From the NCBI GenBank assembly GCA_031409655.1, contig JANNXQ010000194.1:1-64000 (forward strand): 64,000 nt of DNA, given 5' to 3'. The notes under the pieces were generated by a model. That model was given only the letters and a program-made list of their open reading frames with translations. It had not been told where the DNA came from and searched no databases. The DNA comes from Chthoniobacteraceae bacterium. GTDB taxonomy: Bacteria > Verrucomicrobiota > Verrucomicrobiia > Chthoniobacterales > Chthoniobacteraceae. The position numbers and the translations under genes are program-made. Below, piece by piece: positions 40,199 to 50,604 of the stretch. Each line of letters begins with the position of its first letter. The stretch's first letter is position 1.

Positions 40199-40234
40199 GA
40201 GACTTCTAATCGTCTCATTTGCATTTCGCGTCAA
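40199..40234 (-). promoter_or_regulatory. TA promoter region with operator GAGAC-N8-GTCTC, probably leaderless
   Basis: Inverted repeat 40199-40216 directly upstream of the ATG; TTGACG at 40234-40229. Confidence 0.5.
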
Positions 40235-40307
40235 CGGCCGCCTGGGTTGACGGACTCGCGGAGTGGCGGATTGCTCACCCGACGTTCGGCAAGATATGGG
40301 TTTCCCC

Positions 40308-41630
40308 ATGAATCCCTCTCGTCGCACCTTTCTCCAAACCTCCATCGCAGCGGGCGCCGCCTTCACCGCCGCACCTTTCATTCGGGCGGCCGAGCCGGCG
40401 AAAAAATATCGCACGGCGCTGATAGGCTCGGGGTGGTGGGGAAAGAATATCCTCAAGGAGGCGCTGGCTTCGGGGCGGTGCAAGGCGGTGGCGCTCGCGG
40501 ATGTGGATGCCACGGTGCTCGAACTTTCCGCCGAGCAGGTGAACGACTGGAGTGGCGATACGCCGAAGACTTACCCCGACTACCGCGAACTACTGGCGAA
40601 GGAGAAACCGGACATCGTGATCATCGCCACGCCGGATCATTGGCACGCGCTGAATACCATTGAGGCGCTGAAGAGTGGCGCGCATGTCTTTGTCGAGAAG
40701 CCGACGGGACACACGGTGAATGAAAGTCGCGCGATGCTCCGGGCGGCGCGGGAGAGCGGGAAGATGGTGCAGGTGGGGATGCACCGGCGGATCGGGCCAC
40801 ATCATCTGAGCGGGATGAAGTTTCTCAAATCGGGCGCGGTCGGCGATGTGGGCATGGTCCGGCTTTTTGCGCATGGCGGTGGCGATGTGGAGAAACCGGC
40901 GCCGAATGAAAAGACGCCCGATGGCCTGGATTGGAACTTCTGGTGCGGGCCGGCGCCGCTGCGGCCTTTTAACAAGAAGCTGCACCCCGGCGGCTGGCGG
41001 AACTTCCTCGATTACGCCAATGGCACGCTCGGCGATTGGGGGCCGCATTGGCTCGACCAGGTCCTGTGGTGGAGTGGGGAGCAGTATCCGAAGCGCGTCT
41101 TCTGCGCGGGCGGAAGGAACATCCGCGGAGCGGCGGTGAATGACGCCAGCGGCCAGACCAGCGATGCGCCGGATCATCAGGTGGCCACTTACGAATTTGA
41201 AAAGTTCACCTGCGTCTGGGAGCACCGGCGCTTTGGCGATAACAACAACGAGAAGCATAAGATCGGGGCTTACTTTTACGGCACCAAAGGCGTGCTGCAC
41301 ATCGGCTGGCGCGATGGCTGGACCTTCTACCCGGCGGCGAAAGGCGGGAAGACCGAGCATGAGGATTCGCAGCTTCAGGAGCCGGATGGACATAACATCG
41401 CGCTGCTCTGGGCGGACTTCATCGCGGCGCTCGATCAGCGCCGCGCACCGGTCGCGAGCATCGAGCTGGCGCACAAGGCGAGTGTGCTGCCGCTCCTCGG
41501 GATGATCTCGTGGCGCACTGGGCGCAGTCTCCAATGGGATGGCGCGAAGGAGGAGATCGTCGGTGATGCGGAGGCGAGTCAGTTACTCAGCCGGCCTTAT
41601 CGCGCGCCGTGGATTTATCCGACGGTGTAG
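40308..41630 (+). CDS. Tat-exported Gfo/Idh/MocA oxidoreductase
   Basis: SRRTFL, IGSGWWG, ATPDHWH, VEKP, DWGPHWLD. Confidence 0.92.
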   Translation: MNPSRRTFLQTSIAAGAAFTAAPFIRAAEPAKKYRTALIGSGWWGKNILKEALASGRCKAVALADVDATVLELSAEQVNDWSGDTPKTYPDYRELLAKEKPDIVIIATPDHWHALNTIEALKSGAHVFVEKPTGHTVNESRAMLRAARESGKMVQVGMHRRIGPHHLSGMKFLKSGAVGDVGMVRLFAHGGGDVEKPAPNEKTPDGLDWNFWCGPAPLRPFNKKLHPGGWRNFLDYANGTLGDWGPHWLDQVLWWSGEQYPKRVFCAGGRNIRGAAVNDASGQTSDAPDHQVATYEFEKFTCVWEHRRFGDNNNEKHKIGAYFYGTKGVLHIGWRDGWTFYPAAKGGKTEHEDSQLQEPDGHNIALLWADFIAALDQRRAPVASIELAHKASVLPLLGMISWRTGRSLQWDGAKEEIVGDAEASQLLSRPYRAPWIYPTV

Positions 41631-41633
41631 GCG

Positions 41634-42626
41634 TCAGCGGGCGGCGGCTTCCGCCTCCAGCGCGAGGCGGGAGGCGCGGAGGCAATCGGCGGTGCGGAGT
41701 TCCGCGAGTTCCGGCTGTTGGCGGATTTCGTTCAGAAAATCGGAGAGATAAGGGCGCGTCTGCGCGGGTGCGGCGGGACGCTGCTGCGGGGCGGTGTCGG
41801 TGTCGGTGATGACGGTGACTTCCTTCGCCATGAGATGTGTCTCGGCCAGGCCGCGGGTACCGTGAACGGTGAGGCGCCAGTAGTAGGGGAGTGTGTAGCC
41901 GAGCTTGTCGGGCGCGAGGTAGGAGAGGTCGGCGGTGACGCCGGCGCCGTTGTCGAGTTCGGCGAGGAATTGCGCGCAGTCATGGAAGTGCGGGAACTCG
42001 CGCGGCTTCGCATTCCAGGTGCGCGCGCCGACGATCCGACGCCAGCCAAGGCCGGTCATCCACGGGATGAAGTCGAAGGCGTGGATGGCGATGTCGTTGA
42101 TGGTGCCGCCGTGTTTGCCGGGCTCGAAGTACCAGCCGGGCCGCGTGCCGAGGAGGAGCGGGTGCTGGCCGTCGATGCGGATGGTGGCGATGTCGCCGAG
42201 TTCACCGGCGCGGATGATTTCGCGGAGCTTGAGGAAGGCGCCGTAGCCGCGACTGTCGAGTTGCAGGAAGACGCTGAGGCCGCGCTCGCTCGCGAGGCGT
42301 TCGATGGTGGCCTGTTCTTCCGGCGTGGTGCAGAGAGGTTTGTCGCCGAGGACATGCTTGCCCGCTTCGAGCGCGGCGATGACCAGCGCACCGCGCTTTG
42401 CGTAGTAGTCGCCGATCGCGATGGCGTCGCACTCCACCTCGCGGAGCATCGTGGCGAAATCCGTGTGGGTGATCTGCACGCGACCGGCGGCGGCGAGCGA
42501 CTCGCGGGCGGCGGCATCTTCCTCGCAGCAGGCGACCACTTCGGTGTCATCGCGCTCTTCGGCACCGGTGAGAAGGTCGAGAACGTGGCCGTGGCGAAAG
42601 CCAGCGAAGGCGAAGCGGGTTTTCAT
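41634..42626 (-). CDS. Gfo/Idh/MocA oxidoreductase
   Basis: GKHVLGDKP, GGTINDIAIHAFD. Confidence 0.88.
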   Translation of the reverse strand: MKTRFAFAGFRHGHVLDLLTGAEERDDTEVVACCEEDAAARESLAAAGRVQITHTDFATMLREVECDAIAIGDYYAKRGALVIAALEAGKHVLGDKPLCTTPEEQATIERLASERGLSVFLQLDSRGYGAFLKLREIIRAGELGDIATIRIDGQHPLLLGTRPGWYFEPGKHGGTINDIAIHAFDFIPWMTGLGWRRIVGARTWNAKPREFPHFHDCAQFLAELDNGAGVTADLSYLAPDKLGYTLPYYWRLTVHGTRGLAETHLMAKEVTVITDTDTAPQQRPAAPAQTRPYLSDFLNEIRQQPELAELRTADCLRASRLALEAEAAAR

Positions 42627-42639
42627 AGGCGGGACGTGT

Positions 42640-43686
42640 TCATCCCAAGCGCGCAGAACGTCCGGTGCGGGCGGATTCGTAGATCGCGAGGATGAGGGAA
42701 ACGGAACGGCGGGCGTCGGCGCCGGGGATCATCGGCGGACGGCCGTCGCGCAAGGCGCGGGCGAGATCTTCGACGAGCAGGCGGTGGCCTTCGTTGCTCA
42801 TCGCGCGCGGATCGCCGGCTCCGGTCTTGATCACCGCTCCGGGTTCTTCGCGCATCGCGTCGTCGTCGCCGTCCTGCTTCTCGGCGAAATCCCAGCGGAC
42901 GATCTTGTCATTCGTGAGCGCGGCGCTGCCCCGGTCGCCCATGATCTCGATGCGAAAATCGGTGCCGGGCCATGCGGAGGTCGCGGCTTCGACGACGCCG
43001 AGAGCGCCGCTCGGATAGCGCAAGGCGGCAGCGACGGTGTCCTCGGCCTCCATGCCCGGATGAGCGAGCGTGGCGGCGAAGGCGGACACTTCTTCCGGAA
43101 GCCCGACGAGCCACTGGAGAAGATCCACGGCGTGAATGCCTTGATTGATGAGCGCGCCGCCACCGTCGAGCTTCCAGGTCCCTTTCCAATTCGAAGACTG
43201 GTAGTATTCCTGCGAGCGCCACCATTTGACGTAAGCGCTGCACAGGGTAAGGCGGCCAAACCGCCCGGCGTCGATCGCGGCCTTGAGCCGCCGCGCGCCG
43301 CGGCCGAAACGCATCTGGAAGACGCCGGCGAGGACTCCACCTCCGCGTTCAGCGGCGGCGAGGATACGATCGAGAGCAGCGAGGCTCACTTCCATCGGCT
43401 TCTCGACGAGCACCGCTTTGCCCGCTTCGAGCAAGGGCACCGCGGCTTCCGCGTGCGCGCCGCTCGGCGTGGTGATGCAGACGGCGCGGATCTCGGGATC
43501 AGCGACGATCTCCGCGACGCTCGCGACGGCGCGGCAGCCGTGTTTTTCCGCAAAGGCGCGGCGTCCTTCTTCGCCCCGCGCATAAACGGCCACGAGGCGC
43601 GCTTCCGGCACCGCGGCGACGGCGAGGGCGTGAATGTCGGCGATCATGCCCGCGCCGACGATGGCGAATCCGATGCGCTCACTCAT
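42640..43686 (-). CDS. Gfo/Idh/MocA oxidoreductase
   Basis: GAGMIA, TPSGAH, VEKP, GGGALINQGIHAVD. Confidence 0.92.
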   Translation of the reverse strand: MSERIGFAIVGAGMIADIHALAVAAVPEARLVAVYARGEEGRRAFAEKHGCRAVASVAEIVADPEIRAVCITTPSGAHAEAAVPLLEAGKAVLVEKPMEVSLAALDRILAAAERGGGVLAGVFQMRFGRGARRLKAAIDAGRFGRLTLCSAYVKWWRSQEYYQSSNWKGTWKLDGGGALINQGIHAVDLLQWLVGLPEEVSAFAATLAHPGMEAEDTVAAALRYPSGALGVVEAATSAWPGTDFRIEIMGDRGSAALTNDKIVRWDFAEKQDGDDDAMREEPGAVIKTGAGDPRAMSNEGHRLLVEDLARALRDGRPPMIPGADARRSVSLILAIYESARTGRSARLG

Positions 43687-43693
43687 GGGCGTT

Positions 43694-43755
43694 CAAGGAG
43701 TCGGGGCGCCCTCGCCCCGCGGATCATCTGGGGGCGGGGGCGCCCCTGCTCCTTG
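43694..43755. repeat. Inverted REP doublet (GGAG + GC palindrome)
   Basis: caaggagtcggggcgccctcgcccc ... ggggcgggggcgcccctgctccttg. Confidence 0.65.
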
Positions 43756-43771
43756 GTTTCGCGGCGACGCC

Positions 43772-44539
43772 TCATGCGAGTTTGCTCGCGGCGGCGGCGT
43801 CGATGTGGAGCACGGCGTTCGGGTGCTGACGCAGGATGGACGCCGGGCACGCGGTCTCGACGGGACCGAGGAGCGTGGCGTGCACGGCCTGCGCCTTGCG
43901 TTCGCCAGGGACGACGCAGGAGATCGCACGCGCTCCGAACAAGGCCGGCAGCGTGAGCGTGAGCGCGTGCGTGGGCACGGCGGTCATCTTCGCGAAGCAG
44001 CCATCGTTCACCTGCTGCTGCCGGCAGGTGTCGTCGAGTTCCACGACCTTGATGATCTCGCGATCCTCGAAGTCCGCGACGGGTGGATCGTTGAAAGCGA
44101 GGTGGCCGTTTTCGCCGATGCCCATGCAGACGAGGTCGATCGGCTTGGCGCGCAGGAGCTGCGCATAGCGCTCGCACTCCTGCGGGAGCGAGGGCGCTTC
44201 GCCGCGGATGGCGTGAAAGGCCTTGGGCCGCGGGATGGCGTCCAGCAGATGGCCGCGCAGGTAATGGCGGAAACTTTGCTCGTGGCTGGCGCTGAGGCCC
44301 ACGTATTCATCCATGTGAAAAGCGACGACCTGCGGCCAGGCGACCGCGGGCGGCTGCGCGACGAGGGCCGCGAGGAATTCATTCTGCGAAGGCGCGCAGG
44401 CAAAGATGACTCGCGCCTCACCGCGCGCGGCGATGGCGGCGGCGATGACCTCCCGCACGTGCTCCGCGGCAGCCTGGCCCAGCGACTCGCGGTCGGGATA
44501 CTGCTGGACGCGGAGGTGATCGTAGGTGGCCGATTTCAT
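43772..44539 (-). CDS. nagB: Glucosamine-6-phosphate deaminase
   Basis: FHMDEYVGL, MGIGENGHLAFNDP; ATGA-coupled to nagA. Confidence 0.85.
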   Translation of the reverse strand: MKSATYDHLRVQQYPDRESLGQAAAEHVREVIAAAIAARGEARVIFACAPSQNEFLAALVAQPPAVAWPQVVAFHMDEYVGLSASHEQSFRHYLRGHLLDAIPRPKAFHAIRGEAPSLPQECERYAQLLRAKPIDLVCMGIGENGHLAFNDPPVADFEDREIIKVVELDDTCRQQQVNDGCFAKMTAVPTHALTLTLPALFGARAISCVVPGERKAQAVHATLLGPVETACPASILRQHPNAVLHIDAAAASKLA

Positions 44540-45480
44540 GGCAAAGGGTTCGGGAGCGTGGGGAGGTCGATGCGGAAACACCGGGCGACTTCGGTGGAGA
44601 GCAGAGCGCGGGCTTCCCCGGGTGGCAAGCCCAGCCAGCGCGCGGCATTGCGCACGCCATCGTCGGGCGCGAGACAGGATCCGGCGAAATTTTCCGCACC
44701 TGGTTTGCGGACCACTCCGCCGCGGGATTCCACCTCGAGTGCGCCGACGCGGTAGCGGCCCTCGGGGGCGCCGGCGGCGGCCATCGCGTCGGTGGTGAGG
44801 AGGACTTTGCCGCGGGGCTTTGCGCGGAAAAAATTGCGCAGCGTGAAAGGCGGGAGATGCACGCCATCGGGGATGAAGCAGGCGGTGAGTTCATCGCGCG
44901 CGAGCAGGCGTTGCATGACGTTGTCGTGGCGTGGGAGATTTGCGGGCACGCCATTGCCGACGTGGGTGCAAAGCGTGGCCCCGGCGCGGATAGCCGCGTC
45001 GATCTGCGGCTCGGAGGCATCGGTGTGGCCGAGGGAAATGACGACGCCTTGCGCCACTGCGGCGGCGATGAATTCCACGCTGCCAGGCCACTCCGGGGCG
45101 ATCGTCACGAGGCGGATGTTTCCGCCCGCGGCGTCCTGCAGCCGCGCCAGGTCGCCGAGCGAAGGGGGGCACATTTTGTCCGCCGGATGCGCGCCGCAGA
45201 AACCGGGCAGCGCGCTGAGCCACGGGCCTTCGAGGTGATAGCCGCAGACCGTCTCCGCGACGATGGGATCCGCGCGGCGGAACTCTTCGATGCGGGAAAA
45301 TTTTACGCACAGCGCGTCGATGTCGTCCGTGATGAGCGTGAGCAGAATGCGCAGCGTCTCATGCGCACGGAGGCCATCGATGGCGCGACGCAAGTCCGCC
45401 TGCGCGAGATCCGGCTGCTGGAAATCCACGCCGGCGAATCCATTGACCTGAAGGTCGAAGAGCGAGGGCTGGGAGGACAT
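44536..45480 (-). CDS. nagA: N-acetylglucosamine-6-phosphate deacetylase
   Basis: DLQVNGFAGVDF, HLEGPW, GAH, TIAPE, LGHT, THVGN, DGVH, TDAM. Confidence 0.88.
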   Translation of the reverse strand: MSSQPSLFDLQVNGFAGVDFQQPDLAQADLRRAIDGLRAHETLRILLTLITDDIDALCVKFSRIEEFRRADPIVAETVCGYHLEGPWLSALPGFCGAHPADKMCPPSLGDLARLQDAAGGNIRLVTIAPEWPGSVEFIAAAVAQGVVISLGHTDASEPQIDAAIRAGATLCTHVGNGVPANLPRHDNVMQRLLARDELTACFIPDGVHLPPFTLRNFFRAKPRGKVLLTTDAMAAAGAPEGRYRVGALEVESRGGVVRKPGAENFAGSCLAPDDGVRNAARWLGLPPGEARALLSTEVARCFRIDLPTLPNPLP

Positions 45481-45541
45481 CGGAGTCGGACAGGAGACTC
45501 GCCGAGATGGAGCTTCGTCAAGCCAGGACGGGAAGCGCGCC

Positions 45542-46075
45542 TCAGAAGCAGCACTTCACCCACCCCGGATCGACCTTCACCAGCACCAGCCCATCTCTGC
45601 TGTGTGCGAACCACGCTTTGGCTCCCATTCGTCCATGGCACATCCCTCCAGTTTCGAAATAGACCTCGTATCCCGTTTCACTTCGTCTGCAAAGCAATCT
45701 CACGGTAAGAAATTGCTTCGTCCTACGACTTCCATCCCGGATCCCGTAACCACACTCAAATTCGTGCTCGGTGCTCTGCGTTTCCGTCAGTTGGCGCGTT
45801 GCAATCTCATAGAGGAACCGCCGAACGCCTGTTTTCTCGTCACTACAGAACACCCACACCATTCCATCGGATTCCGCAGTTATCCGCCGGAGTGCCTTTT
45901 CGGACCAAAACCCACGATCGCGTTGCAATCTGCGAACAACCGTTTTCTCCGGTAACTCCGAATGATAAATCCAGTTCAGGATTGGTTTGACCATCCGCTC
46001 CGATTCAACGCTCCCATCTTCACCGAAACCCGGCACAACGGGAAAAGGAAGAAGGCAAACGATGAGAACGCGCAT
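45542..46075 (-). CDS. Lower-GC hypothetical secreted protein
   Basis: Signal-like MRVLIVCLLPFPVV; atypical codon usage; no recognised motif. Confidence 0.45.
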   Translation of the reverse strand: MRVLIVCLLPFPVVPGFGEDGSVESERMVKPILNWIYHSELPEKTVVRRLQRDRGFWSEKALRRITAESDGMVWVFCSDEKTGVRRFLYEIATRQLTETQSTEHEFECGYGIRDGSRRTKQFLTVRLLCRRSETGYEVYFETGGMCHGRMGAKAWFAHSRDGLVLVKVDPGWVKCCF

Positions 46076-46244
46076 CCCGAGGCCTTCTCCCATGCGCGCC
46101 CGATAGCGCCCGAGTTTCGAAGGGCGCTTTGATCGATCTGTTTCACACGGAAAGCTGGGGAGAGATCCCATACGCTGTGTAGAGCTTTAAGTGTGCGCGT
46201 TCTCGAACCTCCGCCCGCTTCCCTCTGGACCCACCCACCACGAG

Positions 46245-47369
46245 CTACCGCTCGTCGATGTGCAGCACTTTCTTCCCGACCTCGTGGCCGACGTACTGGC
46301 TGAGCGGGCGGAAGAGGCGGTTGTCGGCGAGCTGCTCGAGGACGTGAGCGGTCCAGCCGCTCATGCGTGAGATGGCGAAGATCGGCGTGAACAAATCCGT
46401 GGGGATGCCGAGCGAGTAATAGACGGTGGCGCTGTAGAAATCGACGTTCGCATTCAGCCCCTTCTTTTCCTTCATGATCGCGGCAATGCGCTCGCTCATC
46501 TGGATCCATTTCGCTTCCCCGAGCTGGTTGCTGAGCTTGATGGCCATCGCCTTGAGATGCGGCGCGCGCGGATCGAGCACTTTGTACACGCGGTGGCCGA
46601 TGCCCATGATCTTCTTCTTCTGCGCCAGCGCGTCGGCAAGCCACGCATCCACATTTTCCGGCGCGCCGATTTCTTCGAGCATGTGGATCACGCCTTCATT
46701 CGCCCCACCGTGGAGCGGGCCTTTCAGCGCCCCGATGCCGGCGCTGATCGCGGAGTACATGTCGCTCAGCGTGCTGGCGACAACGCGGCAGGTGAAAGTG
46801 CTGGCATTGAAGCCGTGCTCGGCGTGGAGCACGTAGGCGACGTCCAGCGTCTGGACGGCGTCGGCGTGCGGCTCTTCGCCGGTCATGAGCCAGAGAAAGT
46901 GCGCGGCTTCGCTGAGATCGGTGCGGATCGGCGGCAATGGCTGGCCGGTGCGCGCGCGATGGAAATAGGCCGCGATCACACCGATCTGGGCGACGAGCTT
47001 GATCGCGATCTGATTATTCTCCGGCATGTCGAGCCCAGGCCGGATGGTGCGGAAGCAGCCCAGCATCGAGACGGCGGTGCGCATGACGTCGATCGGCACG
47101 GCATCCTTCGGCGCGCTGGTGATGAAGTCGATAACGCCCTTTGGCAACTGCCGCTCGGCGCGCAATGCAGTGGTCAGTTGCTTGAGCTCGCTGCTGGAGG
47201 GCAGCCGATTGTGCCAGAGCAGATGCACGACCTCTTCGTAGCTCACCTTGCCGGCCAGTTCGTTAATGTCGTAGCCGCAGTAAATGAGCTGGCCGATGTC
47301 GCCGCGCACGTCTCCGATTCGGGTTTCCGCGGCGATGATTCCTTCGAGACCTCTGGCGATGACAGGCAT
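46245..47369 (-). CDS. gltA: Citrate synthase
   Basis: GLEGI, HAEHGFNASTF, GPLHGGANE, MGIGHRVYK, NVDFYS. Confidence 0.95.
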   Translation of the reverse strand: MPVIARGLEGIIAAETRIGDVRGDIGQLIYCGYDINELAGKVSYEEVVHLLWHNRLPSSSELKQLTTALRAERQLPKGVIDFITSAPKDAVPIDVMRTAVSMLGCFRTIRPGLDMPENNQIAIKLVAQIGVIAAYFHRARTGQPLPPIRTDLSEAAHFLWLMTGEEPHADAVQTLDVAYVLHAEHGFNASTFTCRVVASTLSDMYSAISAGIGALKGPLHGGANEGVIHMLEEIGAPENVDAWLADALAQKKKIMGIGHRVYKVLDPRAPHLKAMAIKLSNQLGEAKWIQMSERIAAIMKEKKGLNANVDFYSATVYYSLGIPTDLFTPIFAISRMSGWTAHVLEQLADNRLFRPLSQYVGHEVGKKVLHIDER

Positions 47370-47375
47370 GGGTGG

Positions 47376-47416
47376 TTCGGATTTCAGATTGTGGATTTCA
47401 GATTTCAGAATTCAGA
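47376..47416. repeat. Heptamer tandem repeat (GATTTCA-like)
   Basis: ttcggatttcagattgtggatttcagatttcagaattcaga. Confidence 0.7.
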
Positions 47417-47459
47417 AAGATAACGCTCGCGCAAGTGCCTGGACGCTGGTGAGCCAGCT

Positions 47460-48371
47460 TCATTTACCCCAGTGCTTGAGCAAAGTCTCCGCCATCACGG
47501 ATGGCGTGGGCGCGACGGCGATGCCGGCGGCCTTGAGCGCGTCGATCTTGCCCTGCGCCGTGCCTTTTCCTCCGCTGACGATGGCGCCCGCGTGGCCCAT
47601 GCGGCGCCCCGGCGGCGCGGTGGCCCCGGCGATGAAGGCGGCGATGGGCTTCTTGCAATGCTTCGCGGCCCACGCTGCGGCTTGCTCTTCCGCTTCGCCG
47701 CCGATCTCGCCGATCATGATGATGGCCTCGGTCGCCGGGTCGTCGTTAAAGATTTGCAGCACATCGAGGTGCGAGGTGCCATTCACCGGATCGCCGCCGA
47801 TGCCGACGCAGGTCGATTGCCCGTAGCCGCGCGAAGTGAGCTGCCAAACGGCTTCATAAGTCAGCGTGCCGCTGCGCGAGACGACGCCCACATTGCCCTG
47901 CTGGTGAATGTAACCGGGCGCGATGCCAATGCGGCAGCCGCCATGCGATTTGTCGCCCGTGCCGGGAGTCACCACGCCTGGGCAGTTCGGTCCGATGAGC
48001 CGCGTCTTGCCGCCGCCGGTCTTCAGCGCGTGCTTCACTTTCACCATGTCGTTGACCGGGATTCCTTCGGTGATCGCGACCACGAGTTCGAGGCCGGCGT
48101 CCACCCCTTCGAGGATCGCATCCGCGGCAAAGGGCGGCGGCACAAAGACCGCGCTGGCTTGCGCGCCGGTCTCTTTCACAGCTTCGCCCACGGTGTCGAA
48201 GATCGGCACCCGCACGCCCGCGTGCTCAAAAAATTGTCCGCCCTTGCCCGGCGTGACACCGGCCACGATCGCGGTCCCGTATTCGATGGAAAGCTGCGCA
48301 TGCTTCGCACCGAAGCTGCCGGTGATGCCTTGAATGACGACGCGGGTGGATGGAGTGACGAGGATAGCCAT
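47460..48371 (-). CDS. sucD: Succinyl-CoA synthetase alpha subunit
   Basis: [41 protein letters not shown]. Confidence 0.97.
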   Translation of the reverse strand: MAILVTPSTRVVIQGITGSFGAKHAQLSIEYGTAIVAGVTPGKGGQFFEHAGVRVPIFDTVGEAVKETGAQASAVFVPPPFAADAILEGVDAGLELVVAITEGIPVNDMVKVKHALKTGGGKTRLIGPNCPGVVTPGTGDKSHGGCRIGIAPGYIHQQGNVGVVSRSGTLTYEAVWQLTSRGYGQSTCVGIGGDPVNGTSHLDVLQIFNDDPATEAIIMIGEIGGEAEEQAAAWAAKHCKKPIAAFIAGATAPPGRRMGHAGAIVSGGKGTAQGKIDALKAAGIAVAPTPSVMAETLLKHWGK

Positions 48372-48385
48372 GGAAAAAAGTGGGC

Positions 48386-48763
48386 CTAGTGGTGGCCGGG
48401 GTTGCGCTGGTGGATGCAGAGCGTATTGCCCTCGGGGTCGAGGATGAATGCCATGCGGCAAACTGGGGTGGGGAAAGGCTCCATCTTAAAGGTCACGCCC
48501 CGCGCCTTGAGCTCCGTGATCGCCGCGTCGAAGTCTTCCATTTCAAAAGCGATGCTCGCGCCGTCCGCGCTCGGATTCCAACCGGGCGCTTTGCCGAGCG
48601 AAAACGCACCGCCACCGAGCTCGTATTCCGTCCAGGCAGAACCCTCCGGGGACTCGTGAACCATGGTCGGCACCAGCCCGATCACCTTCTCGTAAAACTC
48701 CCGCGCCCGCGCCATCTCCTGCACGGGATAGCAAGTGAATGCGAATTCGGTGACTTTGATCAT
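48386..48763 (-). CDS. VOC/glyoxalase family protein
   Basis: [24 protein letters not shown]. Confidence 0.88.
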   Translation of the reverse strand: MIKVTEFAFTCYPVQEMARAREFYEKVIGLVPTMVHESPEGSAWTEYELGGGAFSLGKAPGWNPSADGASIAFEMEDFDAAITELKARGVTFKMEPFPTPVCRMAFILDPEGNTLCIHQRNPGHH

Positions 48764-48781
48764 GGAAGGAGGTGGGATTGG

Positions 48782-49078
48782 CTATGCTCGCCGCTGCCAG
48801 CGCGAGGGGTGACGCGCGCCGTGAACAAGGGCCGCGACACAGACTTCTTCGCCGTTCACGCGATAGAAGATCAAGTAAGGGAATCGATCGAGCTTTAATC
48901 GACGCAAGCCGCGATAGACCACGCGTTGCCTCACGGGTGCCGCCAGGATTTCCTCGAGGCACGCGATCACGGCATCGTGGAACTCCGCCCCGAGCCCGGC
49001 TCGCTGATTCTCATACCAGTCGCGGGCGAATTGCGCATCGATCTCCGCACCGGGACGTAGAACCAGCCGACCGCTCAT
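48782..49078 (-). CDS. RelE/ParE family toxin
   Basis: AEID..ARDWYENQRAGLGAEF, RFPYLIFYRV, VHGARHP; ATGA overlap with antitoxin. Confidence 0.88.
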   Translation of the reverse strand: MSGRLVLRPGAEIDAQFARDWYENQRAGLGAEFHDAVIACLEEILAAPVRQRVVYRGLRRLKLDRFPYLIFYRVNGEEVCVAALVHGARHPSRWQRRA

Positions 49079-49302
49079 TCCGTCCGTTTGAACCGCCGCT
49101 TGAACTCCTCGAACGAAATGCCCGCCCCAGGATTGCGCTCCATTTCGTCGATGCGCTCGTCGAGCATCACCTTCAACTCGTCGGACAATTCCTCGTCGTC
49201 TCCCGGAAGCAGCGACTCCCAAAGTCTCTCGGCCAATTCCGCCCGCTCCGGCGGAGGGAGCTGTTCGGCTTTGCGGAGGAGGTCGGTGGCTTCGGCAGTC
49301 AT
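49075..49302 (-). CDS. Addiction-module antitoxin (TIGR02574-like)
   Basis: LPPPERAELAERLWESL..LDERI..GISFEE. Confidence 0.85.
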   Translation of the reverse strand: MTAEATDLLRKAEQLPPPERAELAERLWESLLPGDDEELSDELKVMLDERIDEMERNPGAGISFEEFKRRFKRTE

Positions 49303-49312
49303 GGCAGGTATT

Positions 49313-50497
49313 CTATGCGGCTTTCACCGCCGCGACAATCTTCTCCGCAGCGTCCGCGAGGTCGCTCGCACCGATGACGGCGAGACCGCTCGTGGCCAGG
49401 GTTTTCTTGCCCGCTTCGACGTTGTTGCCTTCGAGGCGCACTACGAGCGGGATGTTGAGGTGCGTTTCGCGGGCGGCCGCGAGGATGCCGTTGGCGATCA
49501 CGTCGCAATCCATGATGCCGCCGAAGATGTTCACGAGGATGCCTTTCACGTTGGCGTCGCCGAGGATGATTTTGAAAGCCGCCGCGACCTGCTCCCTGGT
49601 GGCGCCGCCGCCGACGTCGAGGAAGTTCGCCGGCCGGCCGCCCGCATACTGGATGATGTCCATGGTGGACATGGCGAGGCCGGCGCCATTGACGAGACAG
49701 GCGATGTCGCCATCGAGCCCGATGTAGTTGAGCGAAAATTCCGACGCGGCGACTTCCCGCGGATCTTCTTCACTCTTGTCGCGCAGGGCCACGATGGTGG
49801 GCTGCCGGTAGAGCGCGTTGTCGTCGAAGTTAAACTTTGCATCGAGCGCGAGCAGGCGGCCATCGGGCGTGACGACGAGCGGGTTCACTTCGATCTGCGC
49901 ACAATCGCGGGCGATGAAGAGCTGGTACATCGCGCTGAAAAGTTTGCCAGCTTGGCCGAGCAGCGGGCCGCTCAGACCGAGCGCCTTCGCGAGCTTGCGC
50001 GTCTGGAAGGCTTGCAAGCCGAGCAATGGATGCACGGGCTCGCGCATGATTTTTTCCGGCGTGTGTTCGGCCACTTCCTCGATATCCATGCCGCCCGCGG
50101 TGCTCGCGATGACGACTGGCGCGGAGCTGTTCCGATCGAGCAGGATGGCAAAGTAAAGTTCGCGGGTGATATCCACGGCCTCGGCGATGAGCACCTTGCT
50201 CACGAGTTTGCCGTCCGGTCCGGTCTGATGCGTGACGAGCGTCTGCCCGAGCATTTTCGCCGCAAAATCGCGCGCCTGCTCGGCGGTGTCGCAGATATGC
50301 ACGCCGCCTTTGAAGCCGTTCTTAAAGGTGCCTTTGCCGCGTCCACCGGCGTGGATCTGCGCCTTCACCGCAATCTGGCCCGGGATGCCGCGGGCGATTT
50401 CAAAGGCTTCGTCCGCCGTGTTGGCGACGCGCCCTTTCGAGGTGGCGACGCCGAATTGCTCGAAGAGTTCGCGGGCCTGGTATTCGTGGATGTTCAT
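49313..50497 (-). CDS. sucC: Succinyl-CoA synthetase beta subunit
   Basis: [51 protein letters not shown]. Confidence 0.97.
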   Translation of the reverse strand: MNIHEYQARELFEQFGVATSKGRVANTADEAFEIARGIPGQIAVKAQIHAGGRGKGTFKNGFKGGVHICDTAEQARDFAAKMLGQTLVTHQTGPDGKLVSKVLIAEAVDITRELYFAILLDRNSSAPVVIASTAGGMDIEEVAEHTPEKIMREPVHPLLGLQAFQTRKLAKALGLSGPLLGQAGKLFSAMYQLFIARDCAQIEVNPLVVTPDGRLLALDAKFNFDDNALYRQPTIVALRDKSEEDPREVAASEFSLNYIGLDGDIACLVNGAGLAMSTMDIIQYAGGRPANFLDVGGGATREQVAAAFKIILGDANVKGILVNIFGGIMDCDVIANGILAAARETHLNIPLVVRLEGNNVEAGKKTLATSGLAVIGASDLADAAEKIVAAVKAA

Positions 50498-50502
50498 GGA
50501 AG

Positions 50503-50600
50503 AAGTTGAAAGTCGTTGGTGGGGCGTGGAGAGCGGCCGTTGGTTGCCAAGAGCGCTCGGCAACGCGAGGAGCGGCTCTTGACCATCCACTCTCAACTTC
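50503..50600. repeat. Degenerate heptamer inverted-repeat element
   Basis: gaagttgaaagtcgttggtgg ... ccatccactctcaacttcc arms upstream of sucC. Confidence 0.5.
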
Positions 50601-50604
50601 CCGG

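Noticed and set aside
45542..46240. Integron cassette origin for the lower-GC orphans (also 38688-39089)
   Set aside because: No attC-like RYYYAAC...GTTRRRY structure after the stops and no integrase
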